Below are positions 47,707 through 57,528 of a stretch of 64,000 nucleotides of DNA, piece by piece. The translations under genes were made by a program, and so were the position numbers. Every line of letters begins with the position of its first letter. The stretch's first letter is position 1. The DNA comes from an uncultured Gammaproteobacteria bacterium (GTDB taxonomy: Bacteria > Patescibacteriota > Microgenomatia > Daviesbacterales > UBA10151). The notes beneath the pieces were generated by a model, which saw nothing but the letters and a program-made list of their open reading frames with translations, was not told the origin of the DNA and did not search any database. The DNA lies in the NCBI GenBank assembly GCA_964625535.1, contig CAZVEX010000001.1, forward strand, positions 295-64,294. The letters run 5' to 3'.

Positions 47707-48782
47707 AAATTGCCATTTATTCACCTTACTTAGATACCTTTGGGGGAGGAGAAAGATACATTGCCACCATTGCCGAAGTTTTATCTTCTGACCAGGATGT
47801 TGATTTGCTATTAGATAAACATTTAATCAAAATAGGGTCAGATTATTTAAAATCAAATCTTTCCCAAAGATTTAATTTAAATTTGGAAAAAGTAAAAATG
47901 GTTGGTTCTCCTATGGGGGAAGGTTACAATTTTTTTTCCAGATTCTTCTTTCTTAGAAAATATGATTTTTTATTTTACTTGACAGACGGCAGTATATTTT
48001 ATCCCACAGCCAGGAAGAATATTCTTCACATTCAGTCACCAATTGAGGGACAGCCTGTCAAAAGTCTCTGGGGGAAAATAAAATTAAAAAAATGGGATTT
48101 AATAATTTATAATTCTAGGTTTACTAAAGATCATTCTGTCGCTCGCTGGCCTCTGTTTTCCAAAGTGATTTACCCGCCGGTTGACACGGAAGCAATCAAA
48201 CCGCTCAAGAAGAAAAAATATATACTGTCAGTTGGTCGCTTCTTCGGATATTTAAAAGATAAAAAACATGAACTGATGATAAAAGCTTTTGACAGACTTA
48301 AGCAAAATCTCAAAAGCCTTGGTTGGAGTTTACACTTGGCCGGATCTGCCAAAGAAGGAGATCAGGATTATTTAAAAAGCTTAAAAAATATGGCAAAGGA
48401 TTTACCGGTGAACTTTTATCCAAATCTATCGTTTGATCAGCTAGTTAAGCTTTATGGTTTCTCATCCATATACTGGCACGCGGCGGGGTATGGCGAAGAG
48501 GAAGCTACCAAAATGGAGCATTTTGGGATCTCCGTTGCCGAGGCCATGGCAGGAGGTTGCGTACCGGTGGTTATTGGCAAAGGAGGTTTAATTGAGATTG
48601 TTGATAATGGCGTAAATGGTTTTTTGTGGGATGACCCTTTGGATTTAGAAAGCAAAACTTTACAGCTAATGAGAGAGAAAATTTTATTGAATAAAATGTC
48701 AAGGGAAGCTGTCAAAAAAGCAGGTCATTTTAGCAAAGAAATCTTTGAGAAAAATATCAAAAGTGCGGTTAAAACCTTATGA
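47703..48782 (+). CDS. GT4 glycosyltransferase
   Basis: GGGER, IYPPVD, VGRF, EHFGISVAEAM (EX7E). Confidence 0.9.
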   Translation: MKIAIYSPYLDTFGGGERYIATIAEVLSSDQDVDLLLDKHLIKIGSDYLKSNLSQRFNLNLEKVKMVGSPMGEGYNFFSRFFFLRKYDFLFYLTDGSIFYPTARKNILHIQSPIEGQPVKSLWGKIKLKKWDLIIYNSRFTKDHSVARWPLFSKVIYPPVDTEAIKPLKKKKYILSVGRFFGYLKDKKHELMIKAFDRLKQNLKSLGWSLHLAGSAKEGDQDYLKSLKNMAKDLPVNFYPNLSFDQLVKLYGFSSIYWHAAGYGEEEATKMEHFGISVAEAMAGGCVPVVIGKGGLIEIVDNGVNGFLWDDPLDLESKTLQLMREKILLNKMSREAVKKAGHFSKEIFEKNIKSAVKTL

Positions 48783-49900
48783 ACAAAATTTTAATTATTA
48801 TTTTGGTGGGGATATTTTTAAGAGTTTTATTAGCTTTTTCCACATTCCATCCTGATCTTTTGGCCTTTCATTTGGGCGGTAAGCTAGTGGGGGAGGGGAA
48901 CATCTTAAATTTATATGATTACTCCTCTAATGTGGCTACCCTCAATTATCCACCGTTAATTTATTGGTTTTTTGGTTTATTTAATTTTTTATCAATCTGG
49001 GGGATATGGTTACTGAAACTCCCCTATCTGATTTTTGATTTATTTTTAGGGTTGCTGTTATTCCGACTGGTTGAAGAAAAAAAGAAGGTATTGACCTTGG
49101 GATTGTGGATGTTTAATCCGGTCAGTCTTTATGCTACTTACATGATGGGTCAGTTTGATATTATCCCCGCATTTTTTACCGTATTTTCTTTTTATCTGGT
49201 GGCAAAAAATAGGCTCAAATGGGCTGCTTTTGTCTTAGGGTTCGGAGTTGCTTTTAAGCTTTATCCCGTATTTCTTCTTATTCCTCTTGTCATACTGGGC
49301 AAAACTTATTGGGAGAAATTCAAGCTCGCCGTTTTGGCGCTACTGCCTTATGCATTGTCAATTTTACCCTATATACAATCCCCCGGTTTTCGCCAAACTG
49401 CTCTTTTTGCCAATCAAAGCTCAAAAAGTCTTTACGCCGGAATCCCCGTATCAGGCGGTGAATCTATCCTTTTATTTCCCGCATCCTTAGTGCTTTTTTA
49501 TTTGTTGATCTGGAAAAAGAGCCTGGATAAAGTATCTTTTTGGAAGATTTACTTAATCCCCCTACTGCTATTTTTTATTTTTACTCACTATCATCCACAA
49601 TGGTTAATCTGGGTGAGCCCATTTTTGATTTTGGATTTAAGCCTTGAAAGATTTAAAAATTTATTACCTATTTTATTAATTGGTCTAAGTTGGTTTGGTT
49701 CGCTTTTCCTTTTTGATCCCTCCCTAACCGTTGGATTGTTTGCTCCCCTTTTCCCCGTTCTAGCGAATACTTCTGATATCTGGTTCTTGTTAAATGTAAA
49801 TGTAGATTATAATTTTTCAAGAAGCATTATACAAACTGTATTTGCATCCAGCGCTTTCTATTTAATATTTAGAAACTTTCCACGAAAAATAAATGTCTAA
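48779..49900 (+). CDS. GT-C mannosyltransferase-like protein (GT87/PIG-M-like)
   Basis: HPD, NYPP, LKLP...D, FNP, GQFDIIP, K.YP, HPQW. Confidence 0.72.
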   Translation: MNKILIIILVGIFLRVLLAFSTFHPDLLAFHLGGKLVGEGNILNLYDYSSNVATLNYPPLIYWFFGLFNFLSIWGIWLLKLPYLIFDLFLGLLLFRLVEEKKKVLTLGLWMFNPVSLYATYMMGQFDIIPAFFTVFSFYLVAKNRLKWAAFVLGFGVAFKLYPVFLLIPLVILGKTYWEKFKLAVLALLPYALSILPYIQSPGFRQTALFANQSSKSLYAGIPVSGGESILLFPASLVLFYLLIWKKSLDKVSFWKIYLIPLLLFFIFTHYHPQWLIWVSPFLILDLSLERFKNLLPILLIGLSWFGSLFLFDPSLTVGLFAPLFPVLANTSDIWFLLNVNVDYNFSRSIIQTVFASSAFYLIFRNFPRKINV

Positions 49901-51386
49901 AAAACTTACTGTTGCTTTTTTTATCATTACTTCTTTTTGGTTTTTATTTACTTTTAAATTGACAGATGTCCCGCCCGGGATCAATGGAGACGAGGCAAAC
50001 ATCGGCCTAAACAGCGTCTTGATTGCCCAAACAGGCAAAGATGCCAGAGGTAGCGTCCTGCCGCTTTTTTCGTCAGTCCCGGATTCCTTTGACTGGAAAC
50101 AGCCGGTAACTGTTTATGCTACAGCCGTAGCTTTTAAAATATTTGGATCGTCTTACTTTGTATTGCGCTCAATTAGTGTCTTTTTTGCGCTTCTATCTGC
50201 ATTAACCCTTTTTTTATTAATAAATCAAATAAAGGGATTTAAGTTAGCCTTGGCGGGTTTACTTATTTTCGCAACCACCCCCATCATTATGATTCAATCT
50301 CATTTGGCTTTGGAAAACATTGCGCCGGTTCCCTTTATCTGCCTTTGGCTTTTAATGCTTTATAAATACCATATCAGCCAAAAAAGAAAATACCTCATAT
50401 TTTCAGCTGCCAGTTTGGGTTTGGCTCTTTTTTCATATCTTGGCTTAAGATTAATTACTCCTACCCTAGTGCTTGCTACACTATTGTTTTTATACTTTAG
50501 TAGCCGTAAACAGAAAACAAAGTTGGTTTTAAAGAAGTTGTTAATATTTATAGTAGCCCTTTTACCTTTTTTTATCTTGTTACTTTTGGCCAGAAGCCAA
50601 TATCCCGGGGTGATCTTGGGACTTTTCAGGCCGTATAATCTTTCCTCGTATCAAGATGTTTTCCTGCCTTATATTTCTTCTTTTGATCCATCATTCTTAT
50701 TCATAACCGGTGATGTGACGCCGTATCATTCAACCGGCAAGCATGGAGTATTTTTATTAGCATCTCTGCCGCTATTCGTATTAGGAATCATAAGAATTAT
50801 TCAAAAGAGAGATCTATTTTTAAGTTTTGTTTTAGTATCCTTTTTCTTAGTTCCTTTATTTTTCGGTTTAGGATCAACTATTCATAGGGGAAGTAGGTTA
50901 TTGAGCTTGGTGCCGCTTTTTGTGGTAGTGGCCACAATAGGTTTTGAATATATTCTGGCTTTCAAAAATATGCTCCTTAAAACTTTTTCGATATTGCTTG
51001 TAATTTTTCTGATTATATTAAATTATGGAGATTTCTTAAATGATTATTGGTATCATTATCCCCAACGGGTAAAACAGGAATTTGCTGCGCCTGTGCATAA
51101 AGCTTTTGAGTCATTAAAGCAGCTTTCAGATGAGAATAATTTACAACCGTTTATTCAGAATGATTTGCCTTTACAAAACCCCCTTGCCTTCTCTTTTTTC
51201 GAACAAGCATATTTTCCCAATCAATTGGAAAGATGGAAAAATGCCGCTTTAGCTAAAAATGGCATAATAATCCTGGTTGACTCCGCAGGCCTAGCTTCTT
51301 TGGATCCCTCAAGAATAATGGTGGAAAAAATTGCAGGAACGGATTATGCTTTAGTTACAAATAAATATTCGGATGAAAAAAATTAA
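49893..51386 (+). CDS. GT-C glycosyltransferase (PPxxxGDE subfamily)
   Basis: PPGINGDE...TGKD, ALEN, FLFITGD, HST, multi-TM. Confidence 0.8.
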   Translation: MSKKLTVAFFIITSFWFLFTFKLTDVPPGINGDEANIGLNSVLIAQTGKDARGSVLPLFSSVPDSFDWKQPVTVYATAVAFKIFGSSYFVLRSISVFFALLSALTLFLLINQIKGFKLALAGLLIFATTPIIMIQSHLALENIAPVPFICLWLLMLYKYHISQKRKYLIFSAASLGLALFSYLGLRLITPTLVLATLLFLYFSSRKQKTKLVLKKLLIFIVALLPFFILLLLARSQYPGVILGLFRPYNLSSYQDVFLPYISSFDPSFLFITGDVTPYHSTGKHGVFLLASLPLFVLGIIRIIQKRDLFLSFVLVSFFLVPLFFGLGSTIHRGSRLLSLVPLFVVVATIGFEYILAFKNMLLKTFSILLVIFLIILNYGDFLNDYWYHYPQRVKQEFAAPVHKAFESLKQLSDENNLQPFIQNDLPLQNPLAFSFFEQAYFPNQLERWKNAALAKNGIIILVDSAGLASLDPSRIMVEKIAGTDYALVTNKYSDEKN

Positions 51387-52824
51387 GATAAATTACTTTA
51401 AGACTTTTGTTTTCCTGTTGATTTTAATATTTACTTTTATCTTAAGGACGCATAACTTTGATAAAACTCCCCCACTGGGGCATTTGGAAGAAATGTTATA
51501 TGCCTGGTCTGGCCTTTATCTTGTAGAAACAGGCACTCCCGTATCCTGGTCAACTTTAGATTATCCTCAAAGGGCTGAAGTTTTTAAAGGGAAGGTGAAT
51601 TTTCAGGGAGGCCCGCCGGATGCTTATGTGAAACTATACAAACCCTGGTTAGACGAACCGCCGCTTTTCTCTTTGCTGGTAGGATGGGTAGCTCATTTAA
51701 ATCATGCCGATAGAGGTAGCATTATCCATTCGGCGTACATCAGGATCCCTTCGATTTTTATGGCAGTTTTGACCACAGTGATGATTTTTTTGGTAGCTCG
51801 CCTAGTTGCAGGTTATTGGACAGGGATTTTATCCATGATTGTATATGGAACCACTCCCATTGCGGTGTTTGCCTCCAGAATGGCTTTACCGGAAAATTTG
51901 ATTGCCCTGATCCTCATCACGATAGTTTATCTGTTAATCAAATTTGATGTTAAACCAAGATTGGTTTTACTGCTGCCACTACCTTTGTTAATAGGTCTGG
52001 CGGGTTTATCCAAACCGACCGGATTTTTGCTGCTGCCTTTGGCGGCGTATTTTGCTTTTATAAAAAAATACTATAAAGCTTGTATATATCTTGTTTTGAT
52101 AACTCTTTTGTTTGTTGGCGCTTATTTTGGCTACGGCATATATTACGACGCGGAAATCTTCTGGAAAATTTTCAATATTCAATCCTTTAGACCGGTGGGA
52201 TTTAGCGCCCTGGGATTTTTCTTTACCAGCCCTTCTTATGACATATATACTTTACAATTTGTGGATGGTTGGTACATATTCAGTTTGCTGTCGGCTTTTT
52301 ATTTTCTGTTTGTTAACAGAAACAGGCGAGAGTGGATTGTCAGCTTTGCATTTGTTTTTTGGTTAGTGATTGTGCTTTTGACCGGGGGAGAAGGGGATCT
52401 TTTGCCCTGGTATAGATTTCCCATGTTTCCTTTGCTTGCTATTTTGGGGGCTTTGGGTTTGAAGATTTTAGTAGAGAAAGCAAATTTTGCCACCACAGTT
52501 TTAGCTGCCGGTTTACTGCTGGGAAGCCGCCATTTGGTTGTTAACGCTTTTAGACCTAATATTTCTCCCACCAATTTTAGGATAGTTTTCGCTTCTTTAG
52601 TACTGCCGTCGGTATTTTATTCTATCTATAAAAAAGGATGGTTAAAACAAATTTGTAAAATCATCATTATAGGAATAATAATTACGGGCGCATATTTGAA
52701 TACCAGATTTATTTATAATGAGTTTGAGATAAGATGCGAAGGCGCGGAGTGTCCATTTGGTCCGCCCACTTCTCTTTCATCGATACATTTTCCCTTCATT
52801 TGGCGCTGGATCTCTATTAGATGA
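51373..52824 (+). CDS. GT-C glycosyltransferase
   Basis: HLEEMLYAW, DEPPLF, SRMALPEN, SKPTG, WYRFP. Confidence 0.75.
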   Translation: MKKIKINYFKTFVFLLILIFTFILRTHNFDKTPPLGHLEEMLYAWSGLYLVETGTPVSWSTLDYPQRAEVFKGKVNFQGGPPDAYVKLYKPWLDEPPLFSLLVGWVAHLNHADRGSIIHSAYIRIPSIFMAVLTTVMIFLVARLVAGYWTGILSMIVYGTTPIAVFASRMALPENLIALILITIVYLLIKFDVKPRLVLLLPLPLLIGLAGLSKPTGFLLLPLAAYFAFIKKYYKACIYLVLITLLFVGAYFGYGIYYDAEIFWKIFNIQSFRPVGFSALGFFFTSPSYDIYTLQFVDGWYIFSLLSAFYFLFVNRNRREWIVSFAFVFWLVIVLLTGGEGDLLPWYRFPMFPLLAILGALGLKILVEKANFATTVLAAGLLLGSRHLVVNAFRPNISPTNFRIVFASLVLPSVFYSIYKKGWLKQICKIIIIGIIITGAYLNTRFIYNEFEIRCEGAECPFGPPTSLSSIHFPFIWRWISIR

Positions 52825-52892
52825 AAGCAAACAGGTATTGGTTAATTATTCTAGGATCAAGAAAAGATTATCAAAACTTTTTACTTTTATAA
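52821..52892 (+). pseudogene. Possible 23-codon remnant of a deleted membrane-protein gene
   Basis: ATG overlaps the upstream stop (ATGA); MKANRYWLIILG resembles neighbouring GT-C N-termini; lies in the largest gap of the locus. Confidence 0.3.
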
Positions 52893-52930
52893 TCGCACTC
52901 CGGCATATTATGCCATTGGGCTTTAGGTTA

Positions 52931-52939
52931 TGTTAACAT
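52931..52939 (+). promoter_or_regulatory. Extended -10 TGTTAACAT, 7 nt before ATG 52947
   Basis: TGnTAnnnT. Confidence 0.6.
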
Positions 52940-52946
52940 AAAATTG

Positions 52947-54596
52947 ATGAGCAAAGTTATCTTCACGCTTGCATTAATAACACTCCTGGCCTTTGTCCTA
53001 AGGTTTTATAAAGTAACGGAAATACCACCTTCTCTAAATTGGGATGAAGTTTCAATCGGATATAATGCCTATTCCATCTTAAAGACTGGTAAAGACGAAT
53101 GGGGAAAATTTCTGCCGGTTCATTTTAAATCTTACGGAGAATATAAATTGCCCGGACAGGTCTATTTAGCCGTCCCCGGGATTGCCATTTTTGGATTAAA
53201 TGAGTTGGGAGTGCGGATTACGCCGGTAGTTTATGGCACTCTGACAGTCTTGGTGATGTTTTTTTTGGGAAGAATAATATTCAGAAGCCACTTAGCCGGG
53301 TTAATATCTTCTTTTCTGCTGGCTATTTCCCTCTGGCATATCCAACTGACAAGAGCATCTTTTGAATCATCCTTGGCCACATTATTTATTTCTGTGGGGA
53401 TGTGGTTTTTAGTAAAAGGATTTAAAGATGCTCGATGGTTAGTTGTATCTATGATACCGTTTGCTCTTTCTGTATTTACTTACAATTCTGCCCGGATTTT
53501 TACTCCGATGTTTTTAGTGGCCATACTTTTTATCTATTGGAAAAAATTAATTAAGTTTAAGAAATTTATCGTACCTTCACTCATTATTTTTGTAGCTTTA
53601 TTAACTCCGCTTACTCCTTATTTTTTTTCCGGAGAGAGAAGTGCCAGATATAAATTGGTCAGTATCACCGATGATCCCGGTTTGATCCCGAGAATTAATG
53701 AGAATAGAGGCCGATCGACCTTACCCAAACCATTGCCAAGACTTATACATAATAAAGTTACATATATTAGTTTTTATTTTGCGCGAAACTATCTGGCTCA
53801 TTTTACTCCCCAGTTTTTATTTTTATCAGGCGCCCCTCACAAGCAACATCATGTGCAAAATATGGGAGAGTTGTATTTATTCCAGGCGCCATTTTTATTG
53901 ATTGGTTTGTGGGGCCTGTTTAAGTTTAAACATAAATTTAAAGGTCTGCTTTTTTCCTGGGTTTTGTTGGCCTTTGTGCCGGTTTCCGCAACAGGGGACA
54001 GCATCCCGCATGCCTTAAGAACTTTGATTGCCGCTCCTTTTTATCAATTGGTTTCAGCCTTCGGATTTTTAATAGGGTGGAATTGGTTGAAGAAATACGG
54101 AGTTAAAATCAAGGTATTTTCTGCAATTTTTTTGGCGGTAGTGATTATTGTCAGTCTTAGGTTTTATTTAAATCAGTATTACAATATCTACCCTGATAAA
54201 TACTCAAGAGATTGGCAGTATGGGTATAAACAGGTTGTTGAATATATCAAAGAGCACAAGGATGAGTATGACTTGATAGTTTTTACCCGCCATTACGGCG
54301 AACCGCACATGTTTACCTTATTTTATTCTCAATATGATCCTGATAAGTATCAAAATGATCTCAATTTAGTCAGGTTTGAGACATATGACTGGGTGAGAGT
54401 CTTAAATTTTGACAAATTCTACTTTCCGGATTTGGGGGATAAAGGAACGCAGCAAAAAGATATTTTGGAAAAGTATAAAGATAAAAAAATACTGTTAATT
54501 GGTAAACCAGGCGATTTTCCTTACGGCGGCAGATCTCTTTTGACTGTCAATTTCCTGGACGGCAGCCCTGCATTTTTGATAGTAGACAATAAATGA
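52947..54596 (+). CDS. GT-C glycosyltransferase (PPSLxWDE subfamily)
   Basis: PPSLNWDE.SIGYNAYS..TGKDEWG, GEYKLP, PHALR, DWQYG. Confidence 0.85.
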   Translation: MSKVIFTLALITLLAFVLRFYKVTEIPPSLNWDEVSIGYNAYSILKTGKDEWGKFLPVHFKSYGEYKLPGQVYLAVPGIAIFGLNELGVRITPVVYGTLTVLVMFFLGRIIFRSHLAGLISSFLLAISLWHIQLTRASFESSLATLFISVGMWFLVKGFKDARWLVVSMIPFALSVFTYNSARIFTPMFLVAILFIYWKKLIKFKKFIVPSLIIFVALLTPLTPYFFSGERSARYKLVSITDDPGLIPRINENRGRSTLPKPLPRLIHNKVTYISFYFARNYLAHFTPQFLFLSGAPHKQHHVQNMGELYLFQAPFLLIGLWGLFKFKHKFKGLLFSWVLLAFVPVSATGDSIPHALRTLIAAPFYQLVSAFGFLIGWNWLKKYGVKIKVFSAIFLAVVIIVSLRFYLNQYYNIYPDKYSRDWQYGYKQVVEYIKEHKDEYDLIVFTRHYGEPHMFTLFYSQYDPDKYQNDLNLVRFETYDWVRVLNFDKFYFPDLGDKGTQQKDILEKYKDKKILLIGKPGDFPYGGRSLLTVNFLDGSPAFLIVDNK

Positions 54597-56002
54597 GCAA
54601 ATTGACAAGAATTGTATTTATTTTAATAATACTTCTCTTTTTATTTACTCGGTTTTACAAAATAGGCGAAATTCCACCTTCGGTTTATTGGGACGAAGCT
54701 TCCATTGGTTATAATGCATACTCCATTGCCCAAACTCTAAAAGATGAGTGGGGGGATTTTTTGCCAATTCATTTTCGAGCCTTCGGAGAATTTAAATTGC
54801 CGGTTTATATTTACTCCACCGTACCCCTTGTTAAACTGTTTGGCTTAAATGAGTTTTCTGTGAGGCTTCCGGCAGTCTTATTTTCCTTGGGAGTAGTTAT
54901 TTTAACTTACCTTTTGACAAAGAGATTATTCAATAACACATCTGCTTTATGGAGCAGTTTTTTTGTGACTGTGTCCCCCTGGTTTTTTATTTTTTCCAGA
55001 ACCGGTTATGAGGCAACTGCCGGATTAATGTTTTATCTACTTGGGATCCATCTGTTTTTGTTTATTGCCAAAAAGAGCACCTTTATTCTTTTCTCAATTC
55101 TCGCTTTTATTTTAAGCGCTTATAGCTATAACAGTTTCAGGATCATTATTCCTCTAACCATTTTAATTTTATTGATAATGGAAAAAGATAATCTGATGAT
55201 TTTGCGAAAATCTGTCTTTGTAGTAATGCTTTCGCTTTTTATCTTGGGGTTAAGTATTTGGCCAATTTATAGATTATATGTTTATGATGCCGGCATTTCC
55301 AGGTTGCAAACCGTAAGCGGCGAAAGCGCGGATTTTCTTAAAAATTACCTCTCGCATTTTAGTCCCGATTTTCTAATATCGGGAGATAAAAATTTAAGAA
55401 GTCAGCAAAAAGATTTTGGTCAAATCTTTCCTTATGATTTTTTACTTTTACCGCTGGGCCTGATTTACATAATTAAATTCAAATCAAAATACGGACTGTT
55501 TAGTCTGGCGCTTTTTTTAATTTCTATCATTCCTGCTGCATTGACTAAAGAATCACCACACGGCCTAAGGGCAGTTTCCGCTGTCCCGTTCATTGCCATG
55601 ATTTCTGCTCTGGGGATGATTAAAATAAAAAAACTCTCCATCCCGCTGATGGCAATTTTTCTAATCTTTTTTATTAATTATTTTGCTAATTTTATTTATG
55701 TCTATCCCGGTCAATCCGCGATGGAGTGGCAATACGGCTATAAAAAATTTTTTACAGATAATAAAGAGCAGTTGGCCAAATACGATCAAATTATTATCTC
55801 CGACAAATATGCCCAGCCGTATATTTTTGCCTTGTTCTATTTGAAATACGATCCTGACAAATTTCAGGAAGAGGCGGTCAGAAACAGTGTTGATCAATGG
55901 GGATTTTCAACTGTGGCCAAATTTGGCAAATTCGAGTTTAAAAAAGACACTGAGATATTAAAAGAAAAACAAAACAAGGCTTTGATATTTGTCGATGAAT
56001 AA
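54593..56002 (+). CDS. GT-C glycosyltransferase (PPSxxWDE subfamily)
   Basis: PPSVYWDEASIGYNAYS, GEFKLP, GDKNLR, PHGLR, EWQYG, QPYIF. Confidence 0.85.
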   Translation: MSKLTRIVFILIILLFLFTRFYKIGEIPPSVYWDEASIGYNAYSIAQTLKDEWGDFLPIHFRAFGEFKLPVYIYSTVPLVKLFGLNEFSVRLPAVLFSLGVVILTYLLTKRLFNNTSALWSSFFVTVSPWFFIFSRTGYEATAGLMFYLLGIHLFLFIAKKSTFILFSILAFILSAYSYNSFRIIIPLTILILLIMEKDNLMILRKSVFVVMLSLFILGLSIWPIYRLYVYDAGISRLQTVSGESADFLKNYLSHFSPDFLISGDKNLRSQQKDFGQIFPYDFLLLPLGLIYIIKFKSKYGLFSLALFLISIIPAALTKESPHGLRAVSAVPFIAMISALGMIKIKKLSIPLMAIFLIFFINYFANFIYVYPGQSAMEWQYGYKKFFTDNKEQLAKYDQIIISDKYAQPYIFALFYLKYDPDKFQEEAVRNSVDQWGFSTVAKFGKFEFKKDTEILKEKQNKALIFVDE

Positions 56003-57524
56003 TAAAGTTAAGCTTTTGCTTTTAATAATTGTAATTTTAGCTCTCGGAGCGAGAATCTATAAATTAGACAGTGTGCCTCCCTCACTTTCCTGGGATGAGG
56101 CGGCAGTGGGATACAATGCCTGGATTATTGCCCGCTTTGGTCAGGACGAATACGGCAAGAGTTTTCCTGTAGTTTTTAAATCTTTCGGTGAGTATAAAAA
56201 CCCGGTGGATATTTACTTCACCTCGCTTTCTGTAAAAGTGCTTGGTCTTAGCGAATTTAGCACGAGATTACCGGCAGCTATTTTTGGAATACTAAATGTA
56301 ATACTTCTATTTTTTCTGGTTAAAGCGTTATTTAATAACAATTGGCTTGGTCTTACCTCTGCATTTTTCTTAAGTATTTCCCCTTATAATATTCATTTTT
56401 CCCATTTCAATCATGAAGCCAATTTTGCTTTATTTTTCTTCATGCTGGGTTTATTGCTGTTTATCTTGACCCTTAAAGGTAAAAAACTTCTCATCTTAGC
56501 TGTGATATTTTTTATCTTAAGCTTTTTTTCTTATAGCGCCTCCAAAATGTTTATCCCGGTTTTTGTATTTTTTCTAGCAATAATCTACAGAAAAGAACTT
56601 TTAAAATTACTCAGGCAGCTACTTTTTTCAGTATGTTTAATAATTCTTCTCTCATTTTTTTTATTCTTAAACCCCCATGCTTTAGGAATAGATAGAGCCG
56701 CTCAAACCATGGGCAAAATAAATCTAGTGGCAGCGCAATATATCAGGCATTTTTCTCCAAATTTTTTATTTATTCACGGGGATAAAAACCCCCGTTTATC
56801 GGCTCAAGCAACAGGCGAATTTTACTACCTTGACGCTGCTTTTCTTGTTGCGGGTGCAATCTATATCTTTCGAAAAAGGTCAAAAGAACTTAAGACTTTA
56901 GCTTTATGGGCGCTCCTTGCTCCTTTACCGGGAAGCTTGACAGCAGAAGCTCCTCATGCCGGGCGAGCGATGTTTATGATGGGGAGTTGGCAGATAATTT
57001 CTGCAGTGGGTTTTTATTATATTGTTCGCTCCATCTCAAACCTAAAATATAAAAGAATAGTCATATTTGGCAGTTTGGTCGTATTAACCGTTCTTTTTGC
57101 CAATTTTCTCATTTATTATTTTGGAAATTATAGTAAACGTTTTGCAATTGAATGGCAATATGGCATGAAACAAATTGTGGAGTTTATTCAGGCAAATCCC
57201 CAGTATAATCATATCTACATGACCGACGCGCGCTATCAGCCATACATTTTTTTCCTTTATTATTTACAAACGCCGTTACCGGATTATTTGCGTACTGTAA
57301 CTTATAATAAGACGGAAATAAGTAGAAGTTATAATAATGTTTTTTCTTTTAATAAATATTTTTTTGGCGGATGGGATAGCGTTGAAAGCATGCCAAAGCT
57401 TGAGGTGTTATATGTTCTTACCCCCAGTCAATACGATGGGTTAAAATATAAATTGCAGTTTGCTATCAAAGAGACAATCTATTATCCTAATGAAACGGTG
57501 GCATTCTATCTGGTAAGCAAGTAA
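55995..57524 (+). CDS. GT-C glycosyltransferase (PPSLxWDE subfamily)
   Basis: PPSLSWDEAAVGYNA, GEYKNP, GDKNPR, PHAGR, EWQYG, QPYIF. Confidence 0.85.
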   Translation: MNNKVKLLLLIIVILALGARIYKLDSVPPSLSWDEAAVGYNAWIIARFGQDEYGKSFPVVFKSFGEYKNPVDIYFTSLSVKVLGLSEFSTRLPAAIFGILNVILLFFLVKALFNNNWLGLTSAFFLSISPYNIHFSHFNHEANFALFFFMLGLLLFILTLKGKKLLILAVIFFILSFFSYSASKMFIPVFVFFLAIIYRKELLKLLRQLLFSVCLIILLSFFLFLNPHALGIDRAAQTMGKINLVAAQYIRHFSPNFLFIHGDKNPRLSAQATGEFYYLDAAFLVAGAIYIFRKRSKELKTLALWALLAPLPGSLTAEAPHAGRAMFMMGSWQIISAVGFYYIVRSISNLKYKRIVIFGSLVVLTVLFANFLIYYFGNYSKRFAIEWQYGMKQIVEFIQANPQYNHIYMTDARYQPYIFFLYYLQTPLPDYLRTVTYNKTEISRSYNNVFSFNKYFFGGWDSVESMPKLEVLYVLTPSQYDGLKYKLQFAIKETIYYPNETVAFYLVSK

Positions 57525-57528
57525 ACTT

